A stretch of DNA of 64,000 bases from an archaeon GW2011_AR15 (GTDB taxonomy: Archaea > Nanobdellota > Nanobdellia > Woesearchaeales > GW2011-AR15), in the NCBI GenBank assembly GCA_000830295.1, contig CP010425.1, positions 992,001 through 1,056,000 on the forward strand. Direction: 5' to 3'. Shown one piece after another: positions 40,144 through 53,219 of the stretch. Within the stretch, counting starts at the first letter, position 1. Every line of letters begins with the position of its first letter. The notes beneath the pieces are model-generated. The model saw only the letters and a program-made list of their open reading frames with translations. It had not been told where the DNA came from and searched no databases. Made by a program: the position numbers and the translations under genes.

Positions 40144-40440
40144 GTGGTCAACATAGCAGAAAAAAAGGCAACAAAAAAAGAAAAATCAGAGCCAAAAGCC
40201 AAAAAAGAGGCTCTTGATGTATCAAAACATTTCTTAGTCCCAAAGCACTCAAAGGTTTCAGAAGCAGAAAAGAACAGGGTTATCGAGCAGTATAAGGTAA
40301 CTCTCGAAGAATTCCCGAGAATACAGATTTCTGACCCTGCAATAGCAGGTCTTGATGTAACAACAAATGACCTCATCAAAGTTGAGAGGCCAAGCGCAAC
40401 AGCAAAGATTACTGTCTTTTACAGGAGGGTTGTAAAGTAA
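40144..40440 (+). CDS. rpoH: RNA polymerase subunit H (Rpo5)
   Basis: HFLVPKH, PRIQISDPA, YRRVV. Confidence 0.95.
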   Translation: MVNIAEKKATKKEKSEPKAKKEALDVSKHFLVPKHSKVSEAEKNRVIEQYKVTLEEFPRIQISDPAIAGLDVTTNDLIKVERPSATAKITVFYRRVVK

Positions 40441-40441
40441 A

Positions 40442-41923
40442 ATGAATAAAAGGAGCATCCTGATAAAAAAATATTTCGATGAAGTCTCACTTATCAGCTC
40501 AGACATAGAATCATTCAACAATTTTATTGAATTTGAGCTGCAGAAGATTGTCGATGAGAACGGCACAATTCTTCCCACAATCATCCCACACACAATCGAC
40601 GAATTTAAGATCAAGTTCGGTAAGATCGCAATAGGAAAGCCTGAGATAACAGAAGCAGACGGCTCAAAAAGGCCGGTATATCCTCTTGAGGCAAGATTAA
40701 GGAAGATCTCATACGCCGCCCCATTATATATTGAGGTAAGCGCGCATGTTGACGGCATCCAGAGAGAATCCTTTACAGCGCAGGTCGGAAGCTTCCCTAT
40801 AATGCTGAAGTCAAAGTTCTGCCACCTTCACGGGCTTAACGAGAAAGAGCTTATTGAAAAGGGTGAAGACCCTAATGATCCAGGCGGGTATTTCATTATC
40901 AACGGAACAGAAAAAGTCCTTATCAACGTAGAAGACCTTGCTCCGAACAAGATGCTTGTAGAAGAGAACAAGATAGGCCCAAGCAGGTTCACAGGCAAAC
41001 TTTTCAGCGAGCACGGGGCATACAAGATTCCTCACACTCTCGAGAAATTAAAGGATGATATTTTCTACCTTACATTCACAAGGGTGAAAAGAGTCCCATT
41101 AATTGTAATACTGAAAGCCCTCGGTCTTGTGAAAGACGAGGAAATCATGAATTTAATAGGCACAGAATTCAAGGATGAGGTCTACATAAACCTTTTCGAG
41201 TTCATGAGCATAAAGAATGAAGATGATGCCCTTGACTACATAGCAAAGAAGATAGGGATAACCCAGGCTAAAGAAATCAGGGTTGAAAGGATGAAAGAAA
41301 TCCTTGACAAATATCTGCTCCCTCATCTTGGAACATCAGCAGAAGAAAGGATATTCAAATCATATAACCTGTGCAAGCTGCTGAAAAGGTATCTCGCTGT
41401 CTCAAACGGCAAGCTTGGAGTGGATGATAAGGACCATTACATGAACAAAAGGCTGAAGATGTCAGGAGTGCTCCTGGCAGACCTTTTCAGGGTCAACTTA
41501 AAAGTCCTTATAGGAGACCTGCTATACAATTTCCAGAGGATTGTCAAGAGGGGAAAGTTCCCTTCAATAAAAGTCATTATCAGGGATAAGCTGCTGACAC
41601 AGAGGATATACAGCTCAATGGCTACAGGAAACTGGGTCGGCGGAAGAAAGGGTATTGCACAGAGAATGCAGAGGCTGAACTTTTTAGAGACTCTTTCACA
41701 CCTTCAGAGGGTTGTTTCGCCACTCTCAGCAAGCCAGGAGAATTTCGAGGCAAGGGCGCTCCACAGCACGCATCTTGGAAGGCTCTGCCCTATAGAGACT
41801 CCGGAAGGAACCAACATCGGGCTCAGGAAAAACCTGGCGCTGCTTACTGAAATATCACAGGATTACAATGAAGAAGAGCTGATAGGCCTGCTGAAATCAT
41901 CAGGCGTCAAGCTGTCAAGGTGA
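40442..41923 (+). CDS. rpoB2: RNA polymerase subunit B''
   Basis: GGYFIINGTEKV, HLGRLCPIETPEG. Confidence 0.95.
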   Translation: MNKRSILIKKYFDEVSLISSDIESFNNFIEFELQKIVDENGTILPTIIPHTIDEFKIKFGKIAIGKPEITEADGSKRPVYPLEARLRKISYAAPLYIEVSAHVDGIQRESFTAQVGSFPIMLKSKFCHLHGLNEKELIEKGEDPNDPGGYFIINGTEKVLINVEDLAPNKMLVEENKIGPSRFTGKLFSEHGAYKIPHTLEKLKDDIFYLTFTRVKRVPLIVILKALGLVKDEEIMNLIGTEFKDEVYINLFEFMSIKNEDDALDYIAKKIGITQAKEIRVERMKEILDKYLLPHLGTSAEERIFKSYNLCKLLKRYLAVSNGKLGVDDKDHYMNKRLKMSGVLLADLFRVNLKVLIGDLLYNFQRIVKRGKFPSIKVIIRDKLLTQRIYSSMATGNWVGGRKGIAQRMQRLNFLETLSHLQRVVSPLSASQENFEARALHSTHLGRLCPIETPEGTNIGLRKNLALLTEISQDYNEEELIGLLKSSGVKLSR

Positions 41924-43731
41924 ACAAGATGAGCGAAGTATTTTTAAACGGGAAATTTATAGGGGTTGTCTCTGACGCGAAAAAGCTTACGGATTCATTC
42001 CTTGAAGAGAGGAGAAAAGGCAAAATCCACTACTCAATAAACGTATTGTATGAAGGGGCCCTTGACCAGGTAAACATTGAGTCTTCAAGGGGAAGGGCAA
42101 TAAGGCCTCTTGTAGTTGTAAAGGACGGGAAGCCTATGCTTACAGACAAGCATATTGAGCAGATAGAAAAAGGCGAGCTCATATTCTCAGATCTTGTCAA
42201 GCAGGGAGTTATAGAATACCTTGATGCAATGGAAGAAGAAAGTGCTCTGGTAGCCTTCTTTGAAGGAGAGCTTACGCCTGAGCATACCCATATGGAAATC
42301 CTTCCCCTGGCAATAGTGGGGCTGTGCACAAGCCTTGTTCCATTCGGGAATTTCAACCAGAGCACAAGGCTGAATGCAGGAAGCAAGAACCAGAAACAGG
42401 CTCTTGGATTATATGCTGCAAATTACCTTGTAAGGATGGACATGGATGTCAACATTCTTCATACGCCTCAGCTTCCTATAGTCAAAACAATAATGCACGA
42501 TTCAAGCGAATATGAAAAGCACCCTTCGGGCCAGAACGTTGTCCTTGCAATCTTAAGCTTTGACGGATATAACATGGAAGACGCCATCCTTCTTAATAAG
42601 GCATCTATTGAAAGGGGCCTTGCCAGATCAACATATTACAGGCCTGTGATAAGTGAGGAGCTTAGGTATTCAGGCGGCCTTATAGATGAAATCTCAATCC
42701 CGGACAAGGATGTGAAAGGATACAAGGCAGAGCATGATTACAGGATGCTTGAGGCAGACGGCATAATACACCCCGAGGCTGTTGTGGCTGAAGGCGATGT
42801 TGTTATAGGGAAGACAAGCCCTCCACGATTCCTGAGCAGCCTTGACGAATACAATCTTACAACAAGCTCAAGAAGGGAAAGCTCCATGACACTGAAGCAT
42901 GGAGAAAAAGGGGTTGTTGATTTTATACTGCTGACAGAAAACGTTGAGGGAAACAAGCTGGTGCAGGTAAGAGTAAGGGACCAGAGAATTCCGGAGATAG
43001 GGGATAAATTTACTTCAAGGCACGGACAGAAGGGAGTTGTCGGGCTCATTGTTGATACTCCTGATATGCCGTATTCAGCATCAGGCATAGTCCCGGACAT
43101 TATATTCAATCCGCATGGTATTCCGTCAAGAATGACCATGTCACACCTGATAGAGCTTCTGGGCGGAAAAGCAGGGGCACTTTCCGGAAGATACATTGAT
43201 GGAACATCATTTGAAAGCGAAAACCACGAAGATCTCAGAAAAGAGCTTGCTTCCCTCGGATTCAGGGAAGATGGTACAGAAACATTCTATAATGGAAGAA
43301 CAGGAGAGATGTTCAAGGCACAGATATATGTCGGAAACATGTACTACCTTAAGCTTAAGCACATGGTCGCAAACAAGGTCCATGCAAGGGCAAGAGGGCC
43401 TATACAGCTTCTTACAAGGCAGCCTACAGAAGGGAGGGCAAAGGAAGGAGGCCTGAGGCTGGGAGAAATGGAGAAAGATACATTTGTCTCACATGGGGCA
43501 ACAATGGTCCTTAAGGAGAGATTTGACTCTGATAAGGTCGCAGTCCCTGTCTGCGTAAAGTCAGGGCTTATAGGCTATTATGACAAAAGAAGAGACAGGC
43601 TCGTGTCGCCTATTTTTGGGGAGGGGGCGGACATGGAATATGTCGAGATGAGTTATGCATTCAAATTACTGCTGGATGAGCTCAAGTCGCTCGGAATATA
43701 TCCGAAGCTGATATTGAAGGAGAAGTACTGA
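41920..43731 (+). CDS. rpoB1: RNA polymerase subunit B'
   Basis: GYNMEDA, GDKFTSRHGQKG, GLRLGEME. Confidence 0.96.
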   Translation: MNKMSEVFLNGKFIGVVSDAKKLTDSFLEERRKGKIHYSINVLYEGALDQVNIESSRGRAIRPLVVVKDGKPMLTDKHIEQIEKGELIFSDLVKQGVIEYLDAMEEESALVAFFEGELTPEHTHMEILPLAIVGLCTSLVPFGNFNQSTRLNAGSKNQKQALGLYAANYLVRMDMDVNILHTPQLPIVKTIMHDSSEYEKHPSGQNVVLAILSFDGYNMEDAILLNKASIERGLARSTYYRPVISEELRYSGGLIDEISIPDKDVKGYKAEHDYRMLEADGIIHPEAVVAEGDVVIGKTSPPRFLSSLDEYNLTTSSRRESSMTLKHGEKGVVDFILLTENVEGNKLVQVRVRDQRIPEIGDKFTSRHGQKGVVGLIVDTPDMPYSASGIVPDIIFNPHGIPSRMTMSHLIELLGGKAGALSGRYIDGTSFESENHEDLRKELASLGFREDGTETFYNGRTGEMFKAQIYVGNMYYLKLKHMVANKVHARARGPIQLLTRQPTEGRAKEGGLRLGEMEKDTFVSHGATMVLKERFDSDKVAVPVCVKSGLIGYYDKRRDRLVSPIFGEGADMEYVEMSYAFKLLLDELKSLGIYPKLILKEKY

Positions 43732-43740
43732 GGGATCACA

Positions 43741-46320
43741 ATGGAAATACACGTTTCAAGCAAGGTAAAAGCAATCAAATTCGGTGCACTTTCACCGAAG
43801 ATGGTTAAACAGATGTCTGTTGCAAAAATCGTAACACCAGAGCTGTATGACAAAGAGGGCTATCCGGTTGACGGAGGCCTTATGGATATAAGGCTTGGTG
43901 TGATTGACCCGGGACTTGTCTGCAAGACCGACGGCCTTAAGCTGAAGGAAAGCCTTGGGCACTTTGGCTACATTGAGCTGGCAAGGCCTGTAATACATAT
44001 CAAGTTCGCCAAGCTTATACTTGACCTCATGAGATGCACCTGCAAAGAATGCGGAAGAGTGCTTATCCCTGAAGAAGAGATGAAAAAATCAGTTACAAAG
44101 CTTGAGAAAACAAAGAAAATAAGGACGCAAAGGGCAAAGAGGCTGCTTGTTAAAGAGACTATAGTAAGGCTGAGGACAATTCTTAAGTGCCCTCACTGCA
44201 AGGCAAAGCTGAGCAAGATAAAGCTTGAGAAACCAACAACATACTATGAAGATGAAAAGAGACTGAGCCCTATTGAGATAAGGACAAGGCTTGAGAAAAT
44301 CCCTGATGAGGACCTTGAGCTTTTCGGACTTAACCCCAATGTAATGAGGCCTGAATGGTCAGTCCTTACGCTGCTTCCGATCCCGCCTGTAACAATGAGG
44401 CCTTCAATCACCCTGGAATCCGGGGAAAGAAGCGAGGATGACCTGACACACAAACTGGGCGATGTAGTAAGGATTAACCAGAGGCTATTCGAGAATATCA
44501 ACGCAGGAGCTCCCGAGATTATAATTGAGGATCTTTGGGACCTGCTTCAGTATCATATAACAACCTTCTTTGACAACAACGTAGCACAGCTTCCGCCTGC
44601 AAGGCACAGGTCAGGACAGCCGCTTAAGACACTTACAGAGAGAATAAAGAGCAAGGAAGGAAGAATCAGGCACAATCTGGCAGGAAAGAGGACAAACTTT
44701 TCAAGCAGGACAGTCATCAGCCCAGATTCAATGATTGACCTTGATGAAGTCGGCGTGCCAAAAGTAGTTGCAATGAAACTTACAATCCCTGAAAAAGTGA
44801 CAGAATGGAACAAGGAATACCTGAAAGAATATGTAAAAAGAGGCCCATCTGTCTATCCAGGGGCCAATTATGTTGTAAGGCCTGACGGAAAAAAGAAAAA
44901 AATAACAGAAGAAACAAAAGAGCAGCTTCTTGAAGAGCTTGAGATAGGGTTTGAGGTTGAAAGGCACCTTATAGACGGCGATATCGCAATATTCAACAGG
45001 CAGCCTTCACTTCACAGAATGAGCATGATGTCCCATAGGGTCAAGGTAATCCCTGGCCTTACATTCAGGCTTAACCCGGCTGTCTGCGCTCCGTACAACG
45101 CAGATTTTGACGGTGACGAAATGAACCTTCATATCCCTCAGACAGAGGAGGCAAGGGCAGAGGCAGAGATGCTGATGGAGGTAAGGACGCAGCTTATCTC
45201 ACCAAGATACGGGCTTGGAATTATAGCATGCAACCACGATTCAATCGGCGGCAACTACATGCTTACAAAATATCTTAACCTGTCAAGAGAACAGGCAATA
45301 CAGCTTCTTGCCTTAGTAGGGGTAGAAGAGTTTTCATCCCTTCCAAAGAAAGAGACAGTATCAGGAAAAGATGTTTTCAGCGTGCTTATTCCAAAAGACT
45401 TTAACTTTATAGGTAAAGCAAGAGACGGCACAAAAGTTGTAATAGAAAACGGAAAACTGAGAGAAGGGTTCATGGATTCAGCTAATTTGGGAAGCGGAAA
45501 AGGTCTTCTTATAAGAAATCTGCAGAAAAAGTATGGCAGCGAAGAGGCTCTTAAGATACTTGGCTCAATATTCAGGCTGGGAGTTAAGACTCTGCTTATG
45601 CACGGATTTACAGCAGCATTTTCTGATACTGACTTGTCAGAGCAGAGCCAGGCTGAGATAGAGAACATATTAAAGACAGCTGAGCTGAAAGTCGACGAAT
45701 TGATTGATACTTACAAAGAAAACAGGCTTGATGCATTCCCGGGAAGAAGCATTGAAGAGACACTCGAGATAAAGATACTTGAGATACTTAACAAGGCAAG
45801 GAACGACGCAGGAGCTGTTGTTGCAAAATCAATTGACGAGATGAAGAACACTCTTATCATGTCAAAGTCAGGAGCAAGGGGAAACATCATCAACCTTGCG
45901 CAGATGGCAACTGTGGTAGGCCAGCAGGCATTGCGTGGGAAGAGAATTGAAAAAGGATACAACGGCAGGACATTGTCAGCTTTTAAGAAAGGCGACCTGA
46001 GAGCAGGCCCTAAAGGATTCATAAAGAACGGGTTCAGACAGGGGCTTAAGCCTCATGAGTTCTTCTTCATGGCGATGACAGGAAGGGATTCACTGATGGA
46101 CACTGCACTGAGAACACCTAAGTCTGGATATCTTTACAGGAGGCTTGCAAACGCAATGCAGGACCTGAAGGTAGAATATGACTACACAGTAAGGAACTCA
46201 TCAAAGAAAATAGTCCAGTTCAGCTACGGGGAAGACAGTATGGATGTCTCCAAATCAGAAGGCGGAAAGATAAACGTTAACAGGATAGTAGATCAGGTAT
46301 TGGAAGGTGGAAGCAAATGA
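43741..46320 (+). CDS. rpoA1: RNA polymerase subunit A'
   Basis: Catalytic NADFDGD; SGYLYRRL. Confidence 0.97.
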   Translation: MEIHVSSKVKAIKFGALSPKMVKQMSVAKIVTPELYDKEGYPVDGGLMDIRLGVIDPGLVCKTDGLKLKESLGHFGYIELARPVIHIKFAKLILDLMRCTCKECGRVLIPEEEMKKSVTKLEKTKKIRTQRAKRLLVKETIVRLRTILKCPHCKAKLSKIKLEKPTTYYEDEKRLSPIEIRTRLEKIPDEDLELFGLNPNVMRPEWSVLTLLPIPPVTMRPSITLESGERSEDDLTHKLGDVVRINQRLFENINAGAPEIIIEDLWDLLQYHITTFFDNNVAQLPPARHRSGQPLKTLTERIKSKEGRIRHNLAGKRTNFSSRTVISPDSMIDLDEVGVPKVVAMKLTIPEKVTEWNKEYLKEYVKRGPSVYPGANYVVRPDGKKKKITEETKEQLLEELEIGFEVERHLIDGDIAIFNRQPSLHRMSMMSHRVKVIPGLTFRLNPAVCAPYNADFDGDEMNLHIPQTEEARAEAEMLMEVRTQLISPRYGLGIIACNHDSIGGNYMLTKYLNLSREQAIQLLALVGVEEFSSLPKKETVSGKDVFSVLIPKDFNFIGKARDGTKVVIENGKLREGFMDSANLGSGKGLLIRNLQKKYGSEEALKILGSIFRLGVKTLLMHGFTAAFSDTDLSEQSQAEIENILKTAELKVDELIDTYKENRLDAFPGRSIEETLEIKILEILNKARNDAGAVVAKSIDEMKNTLIMSKSGARGNIINLAQMATVVGQQALRGKRIEKGYNGRTLSAFKKGDLRAGPKGFIKNGFRQGLKPHEFFFMAMTGRDSLMDTALRTPKSGYLYRRLANAMQDLKVEYDYTVRNSSKKIVQFSYGEDSMDVSKSEGGKINVNRIVDQVLEGGSK

Positions 46321-47450
46321 AAGAGCTCTTTGACGATTATAAAGACAAGCTGCCAACAGTAGTGCTGGAAGAGATAGAGGCACTTGCAGAATCAAGAAAC
46401 CTCAACAAGACACAGGTTAAGAAAGTCATTGAGCTGGCATATGAAGAGTACAGGAATTCAATGATAGAGCCTGGAGAATCTGTCGGCCTCATAAGCGCCC
46501 AGTCAGTAGGGGAGCCGGGAACACAGATGACACTGAACACATTCCACTTTGCAGGAGTAGCTGAGTTCAACGTTACAGTCGGCCTTCCGAGAATAATTGA
46601 GATACTTGACGGCAGGAAGAACATCTCAACTCCGATGATGGAAATCTACCTAGTTGAGCCATATTCAAAGGGAAAGGACATAAAGACAATAGCAGAGTCA
46701 ATCAAGCAGACTCAGTTCAAGGATATTGTGAAGGAGATAAATCTGGATATTACAGAGGCAACTCTTGAAATCAAAATAGACTTTGAAAAAATGAAAAGGC
46801 TTGGTCTGAATGAAGCTAAACTGGGAAAAGTTCTTGAAAAATCCCTGAAAGGGTTTACACTGAAGCTGAAAGATGATACACTTACCCTGAAATCAAAAGG
46901 CAAGCAGGATAATATAGCAGAACTATACAAATTAAAGGAGAAAATCAAGAGCGTCTATGTCTCAGGCATAAAGGGCATACTTCAGGTATTGCCTGTCAAG
47001 AGGGAAGACGAATTCGTGATTGTTACAGCAGGAAGCAACCTGAAGGATGTCATGAAACTTGAGTATGTGGATAAGACAAGAACAACAACAAACGACATCT
47101 TCGAAATACAGGCGCTTTTCGGCATTGAAGCAGCAAGGCAGGCTGTAATCAATGAAGTCTACAATGTTATAGAAAATCAGGGCCTGAATGTAGATATAAG
47201 GCACATCATGCTTATAGCTGACGTGATGTCATTCTCAGGAAAGGTAAGGGGGATAACAAGGTATGGAGTTGTCTCTGACAAATCCTCAGTGCTTGCAAGG
47301 GCGTCATTCGAGACACCTATAAAGCATATGGTTGAGGCAGCCCTGACAGGGGAGGTTGACCCCCTGACAAGCGTTGTTGAGAACGTCATGATAAACCAGG
47401 CAATCCCCGTAGGAACAGGGTTGCCTGAGCTAATATCAAAAGTGAAGTAA
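46317..47450 (+). CDS. rpoA2: RNA polymerase subunit A''
   Basis: [25 protein letters not shown]. Confidence 0.97.
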   Translation: MKELFDDYKDKLPTVVLEEIEALAESRNLNKTQVKKVIELAYEEYRNSMIEPGESVGLISAQSVGEPGTQMTLNTFHFAGVAEFNVTVGLPRIIEILDGRKNISTPMMEIYLVEPYSKGKDIKTIAESIKQTQFKDIVKEINLDITEATLEIKIDFEKMKRLGLNEAKLGKVLEKSLKGFTLKLKDDTLTLKSKGKQDNIAELYKLKEKIKSVYVSGIKGILQVLPVKREDEFVIVTAGSNLKDVMKLEYVDKTRTTTNDIFEIQALFGIEAARQAVINEVYNVIENQGLNVDIRHIMLIADVMSFSGKVRGITRYGVVSDKSSVLARASFETPIKHMVEAALTGEVDPLTSVVENVMINQAIPVGTGLPELISKVK

Positions 47451-47451
47451 G

Positions 47452-47748
47452 ATGAAATACAAAACAAAAAGCGCAATAATTGGAAGGGCAGGAAAAAGGG
47501 ATGAAGACGGAAACGGCCCTGTTTTCATTCACCTCTTCAACCAGAACGATCCGCACAAGACCGCTGCAGTCCCTGAAAAGTTTGTTGACGACCACACAAA
47601 AATACATAAGATTATCTTCAGGGGACTTGACCTGAGCTTTTTGCTTGCAGGCTCTGATATCCTGATAAATAACCTTGAATATCTTGAGGTCATGGAAGAC
47701 CCTAAGAGCAGGGGAAATCTTATAATTACAGGAAAGCAGAAGAAATAA
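47452..47748 (+). CDS. hypothetical protein directly downstream of rpoA''
   Basis: Starts 1 nt after the rpoA'' stop. Confidence 0.7.
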   Translation: MKYKTKSAIIGRAGKRDEDGNGPVFIHLFNQNDPHKTAAVPEKFVDDHTKIHKIIFRGLDLSFLLAGSDILINNLEYLEVMEDPKSRGNLIITGKQKK

Positions 47749-47955
47749 CTGTATAGCTTGCTGGTTCTGGGAATAGAAATAATGGATGGGAAAGACGTTA
47801 AAGAAGAGAATCCATTTAAGTCTGCTGAATCAAATACAGATGATATTGTATCTGGGTTAGATTTTAAAAATTGATTATATACTCTCTCAAATTTTTATGA
47901 TTATAGCTCCCGCTATCTCAAATTGACTATGAAATTAAAATAAAGAAAAAAAAAA

Positions 47956-50883
47956 GATGAAACCGTGCATAGAGTAAGTAATGAGCTTTTAGTGACCGCA
48001 TGCTGAACGCCTCGTGACCTTGGCGTGTACACACCGGTTCTATTAAACCTGTCTTTTACAGGAGCTCTATGATATCTCTTTTCGAGGCGGGCTTCAAGCT
48101 TAGATGCTTTCAGCTCTTATCCCTTAGCGCGTAGCTGCCCGGCCTGCCTTATCAGACAACCGGTTGACCAGAGGCGCCGAACCTTTGTTCCTCTCGTACT
48201 AAAAGATCCTTCCTCTCAGATATCAAACAATTCCAGTAGATATTAAACAAACTGTCTCACAACGTTCTGAACCCAGCTCACGATCCCTTTTAATGGGTGA
48301 ACACCCCCACCCTTGGCTGCTTCTGCACAGCCAGGATAGGAAGAGCCGACATCGATGTAGCAAGCCCCGCCGTCGATATGAGCTCTTAGGCGGGACAACT
48401 CTGTTATCCCCGGAGTAACTTTTTTGTCATTCCTGACCCCCATCAAGGAGGTTCAAGAGTTCGCTAGACCACACTTTCGTGGTTGGATTTCGTAGATTGG
48501 GAAATCCAATCAGGCTGGCTTTTGCACTTGCACTCTACACCGGATTTCTGACCCAGTTGAGCCAACCATAGGGCCCTGTTGATATCTTTTCAACAGGGTG
48601 CCACCCCAGCCAAACTGTCCACCAATTGCTGTCCTCTTTCAAGTAAGCAGCGTAAGTTCTGGAGGATGGTATTTCAACGGCGTCTACACGCAATCTAGCG
48701 ATCACGCTTTAGCAACTCCCATCTATTCTACACACCAAAACTCACGTCACAACAACAGGCTACAGTAAAGTTTCGCGGGGTCTTCACTTCCCACTGGAAT
48801 ACTCTGGCCTTTGCACCAGACAGAGTGTTCGGAGGATGCTAATTGGGGACAGCGGAGATCTCGTTGCACCACTCATGCGGGCCGTCAATTAAACGGCAAG
48901 GCATTTCGCTACCTTAAGAGAGTTATAGTTACTCCCGCCGTTTGCCAGATCTTAGCTCCCTTGAAAGAGAGTTTGAATTACTGGTACTGGGCAGGTGTCA
49001 CGTTCTATTCACATCTTTTCAGACTTGCAGAACGTTAAGTTTTTGTTAAACAGTCGGACCTCCCTTGTCATTGCACCCTGCAATCGCCTTCAAAAGAAGA
49101 CCACCGCAGGGACCCCTTAAACCGAAGCTACGGGGCTAGGTTGCCGAATTCCCTCAATTACCTTAATCCTTCACACCTTAGGCTTCTCACCTAGGGGCAC
49201 CTGTGCTGGTTCTTGGTACGGATATCTAAAGTTTTTCTTTTTTCCCTTTTCACGGTCTCCAGGCATGAACCAAATACCCCATACGGGATACCATTCTAAC
49301 CTTAATCAGGTTCTCATCATTACGATACTCCTCTGATTTTCTGTTATTAGCAGATAAGATGATATCTGTTGATCTAGCCGGAAGAGTCGGGAATAAAGCT
49401 TGCGTTGCCGCACATAAATAGACAATACAGGATTATTAACCTGTTTCCCTTTCCCATTACTCCTATTAGGAGATTGGTTAGGACCGATTACCCCTTGACT
49501 GATTTGCATTGTCAAGGAACCCTTGCCCTTTCGGTGGCACTGATTCTCACAGTGCTCAGTTCCTACTACCGCCAGGATTCTCTATTCAAGTCAGTCCACA
49601 AATCCTTCAGGAAATGCTTCTGCCTGACCAGAATGCCTGCCTACCACTGCCTTTTCAGGCGTCCACAGTATCGGTGACCGATTTAGCCCCGTCCATTTTC
49701 AAGGCCATCAACCTTGACAAGTAAGCTGTTACGCACTTATTATAGGGTGGCTGCTTCTAAGCCAACCTCCTTGCTGTCTTAGGCTGAAGACACCCTTCAC
49801 CCTTTAGCACTTAATCGGCACTTAAGGACCTTAACTGTAGTTTGGGTTGTTCCCCTCTCGGTAATCAAGTTTACCCCAAGATTACCCGTTTCCTGACGTC
49901 TACGATGCAATAAAATTCGGAGTTGGACAAAGAACCGAGTCCTTTCGGGCCCTAAATTCTAAATCCGTTTCTCTACCTTCATTGCAATCTCGGTCAAGGC
50001 TTGACTACGGCCAATTTTGGCAGGAACCTGCTATCACCGGGTTCGATTGGCTTTTCACCCCTAGCCCAAGATCAGAGGAACGCTTGTTCACAGAACCCCT
50101 TCAGGCCTCCACCCCTTTTTACGGGGGCTTCACCTTGTCCTGGGTTAGATCACCCGGTTTCAGATCGTGCCCATATGACTTAAAGGCATTATTTATACCT
50201 TTCGCCTTGCAGGCTGCGCGATTTTGCTTTCGCTGCGGGTCCTTCCTTTTAAGAATTGCCCTTGCCATATTGACACACTCCCTGGCTCGTTATTCGAAAC
50301 GAACGATACAACTCCGTAGAGCCGTATCTCACTATCACTGTTAGGTTTCAGGTACTTTTAACCCCCTGTTATGGGTACTTTTCAACTTTCCCTCGCGGTA
50401 CTCGTACGCTATCGGACTCATATTGTATTTAAGGTTGGGAGTTGATGCCTCCCGGATTCTCAGCTAATTTCCAATAGCTGATACTCTGGATACTGCTAAA
50501 ATCCCCTTTCATTTCCCCTACGGGACTATCACCCTCTGCGGTCCAACTTTCCAGAAGTATTTGGGTCACAAAAAAGGATAAAAAGCAGTCCGAACACGTC
50601 ATCTACTTTACATTACTGCAAAGTATCAGTTTGCCTTGTGCTGCTTTCACTCGCCGTTACTTACAGCATCTCGTTTGATTTCTTTTCCTGCAGGTACTAA
50701 GACGCTTCAATTCCCTGCGTCTCGCTATCCTTACGGATCTATAGTGAAGTCACATTCAGGAACCCCAGGATCAGAGGCTGCATGCGCCTACCCTGGGCAT
50801 TTCGTAGCTTGCCACGCCCTTCATCACCACTATGAGCCTAGTCATCCACCTAACAGCTCGAACACTCTATGCACGGTTTCATC
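47956..50883 (-). rRNA. rrl: 23S rRNA (ends approximate)
   Basis: Sarcin-ricin loop AGTACGAGAGGA and PTC motifs on the minus strand; bounded by a perfect 20-bp inverted repeat (47956-47975 / 50864-50883). Confidence 0.96.
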
Positions 50884-51070
50884 AATAATCATGAAGTCGA
50901 TGATTATCTAATCCTTTAGATCAGCATGTTGAAACACTGCTCATCCATTTCACTAATGATAAAGTGAACTTGAATTTTAGTGAGGGATTCCCTCACACTC
51001 CCTTATAGGAGTGCGTGAGAACCATTGGTTCTCACCAAGTTATTATGTATGATTTGTTTATTACAATAAA

Positions 51071-51193
51071 TGGACTCGTCGGGACTTTCATTGTAACCCA
51101 GCTGGACTGGGCTAATTTTGAACCCGAGGCCTCCGCCTCTCTTTCTCCAGAGAGATGCAAGGGCGGCGCTCTAGCCAACTGAGCTACGAGCCC
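51071..51193 (-). tRNA. tRNA-Ala(UGC) in the 16S-23S spacer, introns at 37/38 (17 nt) and 59/60 (32 nt)
   Basis: Acceptor GGGCTCG/CGAGTCC with G3:U70; T-loop BHB with TTCA/TGAA helix and AAA and AGT bulges. Confidence 0.92.
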
Positions 51194-51331
51194 ATTGATT
51201 TTGATTTGTGACGGCCATGATATCTCTTCATGACCTTTGTGATTATGAAAAGGCATCTGTTTTCAGTTTTCAGCATTCTCTTTTTCCTATTCTTGGGCAG
51301 GGCCCTTTTCAGGAAATGTATGAAATAAAAA

Positions 51332-52799
<1,468 letters not shown>

Positions 52800-53054
52800 T
52801 TGATTGGACAATTGTTTTTTGAAAGCCGCAATTGTCCTTTTAGATCCTTTTTATTGTGCACGGTCGTATGTTTTCGCTTTGTTAATTGTAGTAATTAACG
52901 AGAGTTTGCTTATTTTGTAAGCAGATGCCTTTTTCATACAAGATTGATGAATCTTGTACACATATTCTGTGAACAGAAACTAGCTGATAATTTGTGAATT
53001 ATTTGGAGGTGATTGCTAGCAATCAATGAAATTTTAGGTCGTATATAAACATTA

Positions 53055-53156
53055 TTATTTCTGAGCTCTCTTACGTCTCTCTTTCTTCATCCTCTTGCGC
53101 TGCCATTTCCAGCGCATTTGGCGCTTTTTCTTCCATCTCCTAGAGCTTCTTTTCAT
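53055..53156 (-). CDS. rpl41e: ribosomal protein L41e (eL41/eS32), 33 aa (not in ORF track)
   Basis: MKRSSRRWKKKRQMRWKWQRKRMKKERRKRAQK; GAGG Shine-Dalgarno-like motif and TATA upstream. Confidence 0.88.
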   Translation of the reverse strand: MKRSSRRWKKKRQMRWKWQRKRMKKERRKRAQK

Positions 53157-53219
53157 TTATATACCTCTCTGAGGAAAAACCTGGTGTTTTTAAAGCTTTT
53201 GTATTTAGAAAACAGGAAG

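Noticed and set aside
47749-47955. Possible 5S rRNA or a 30-codon ORF downstream of 23S
   Set aside because: The region is AT-rich with no 5S motifs. The short ORF has no supporting evidence.
50884-51070. Run of perfect short palindromes in the 16S-23S spacer
   Set aside because: Consistent with ordinary pre-rRNA spacer structure. There is no repeat-spacer periodicity, so it is not a CRISPR array.
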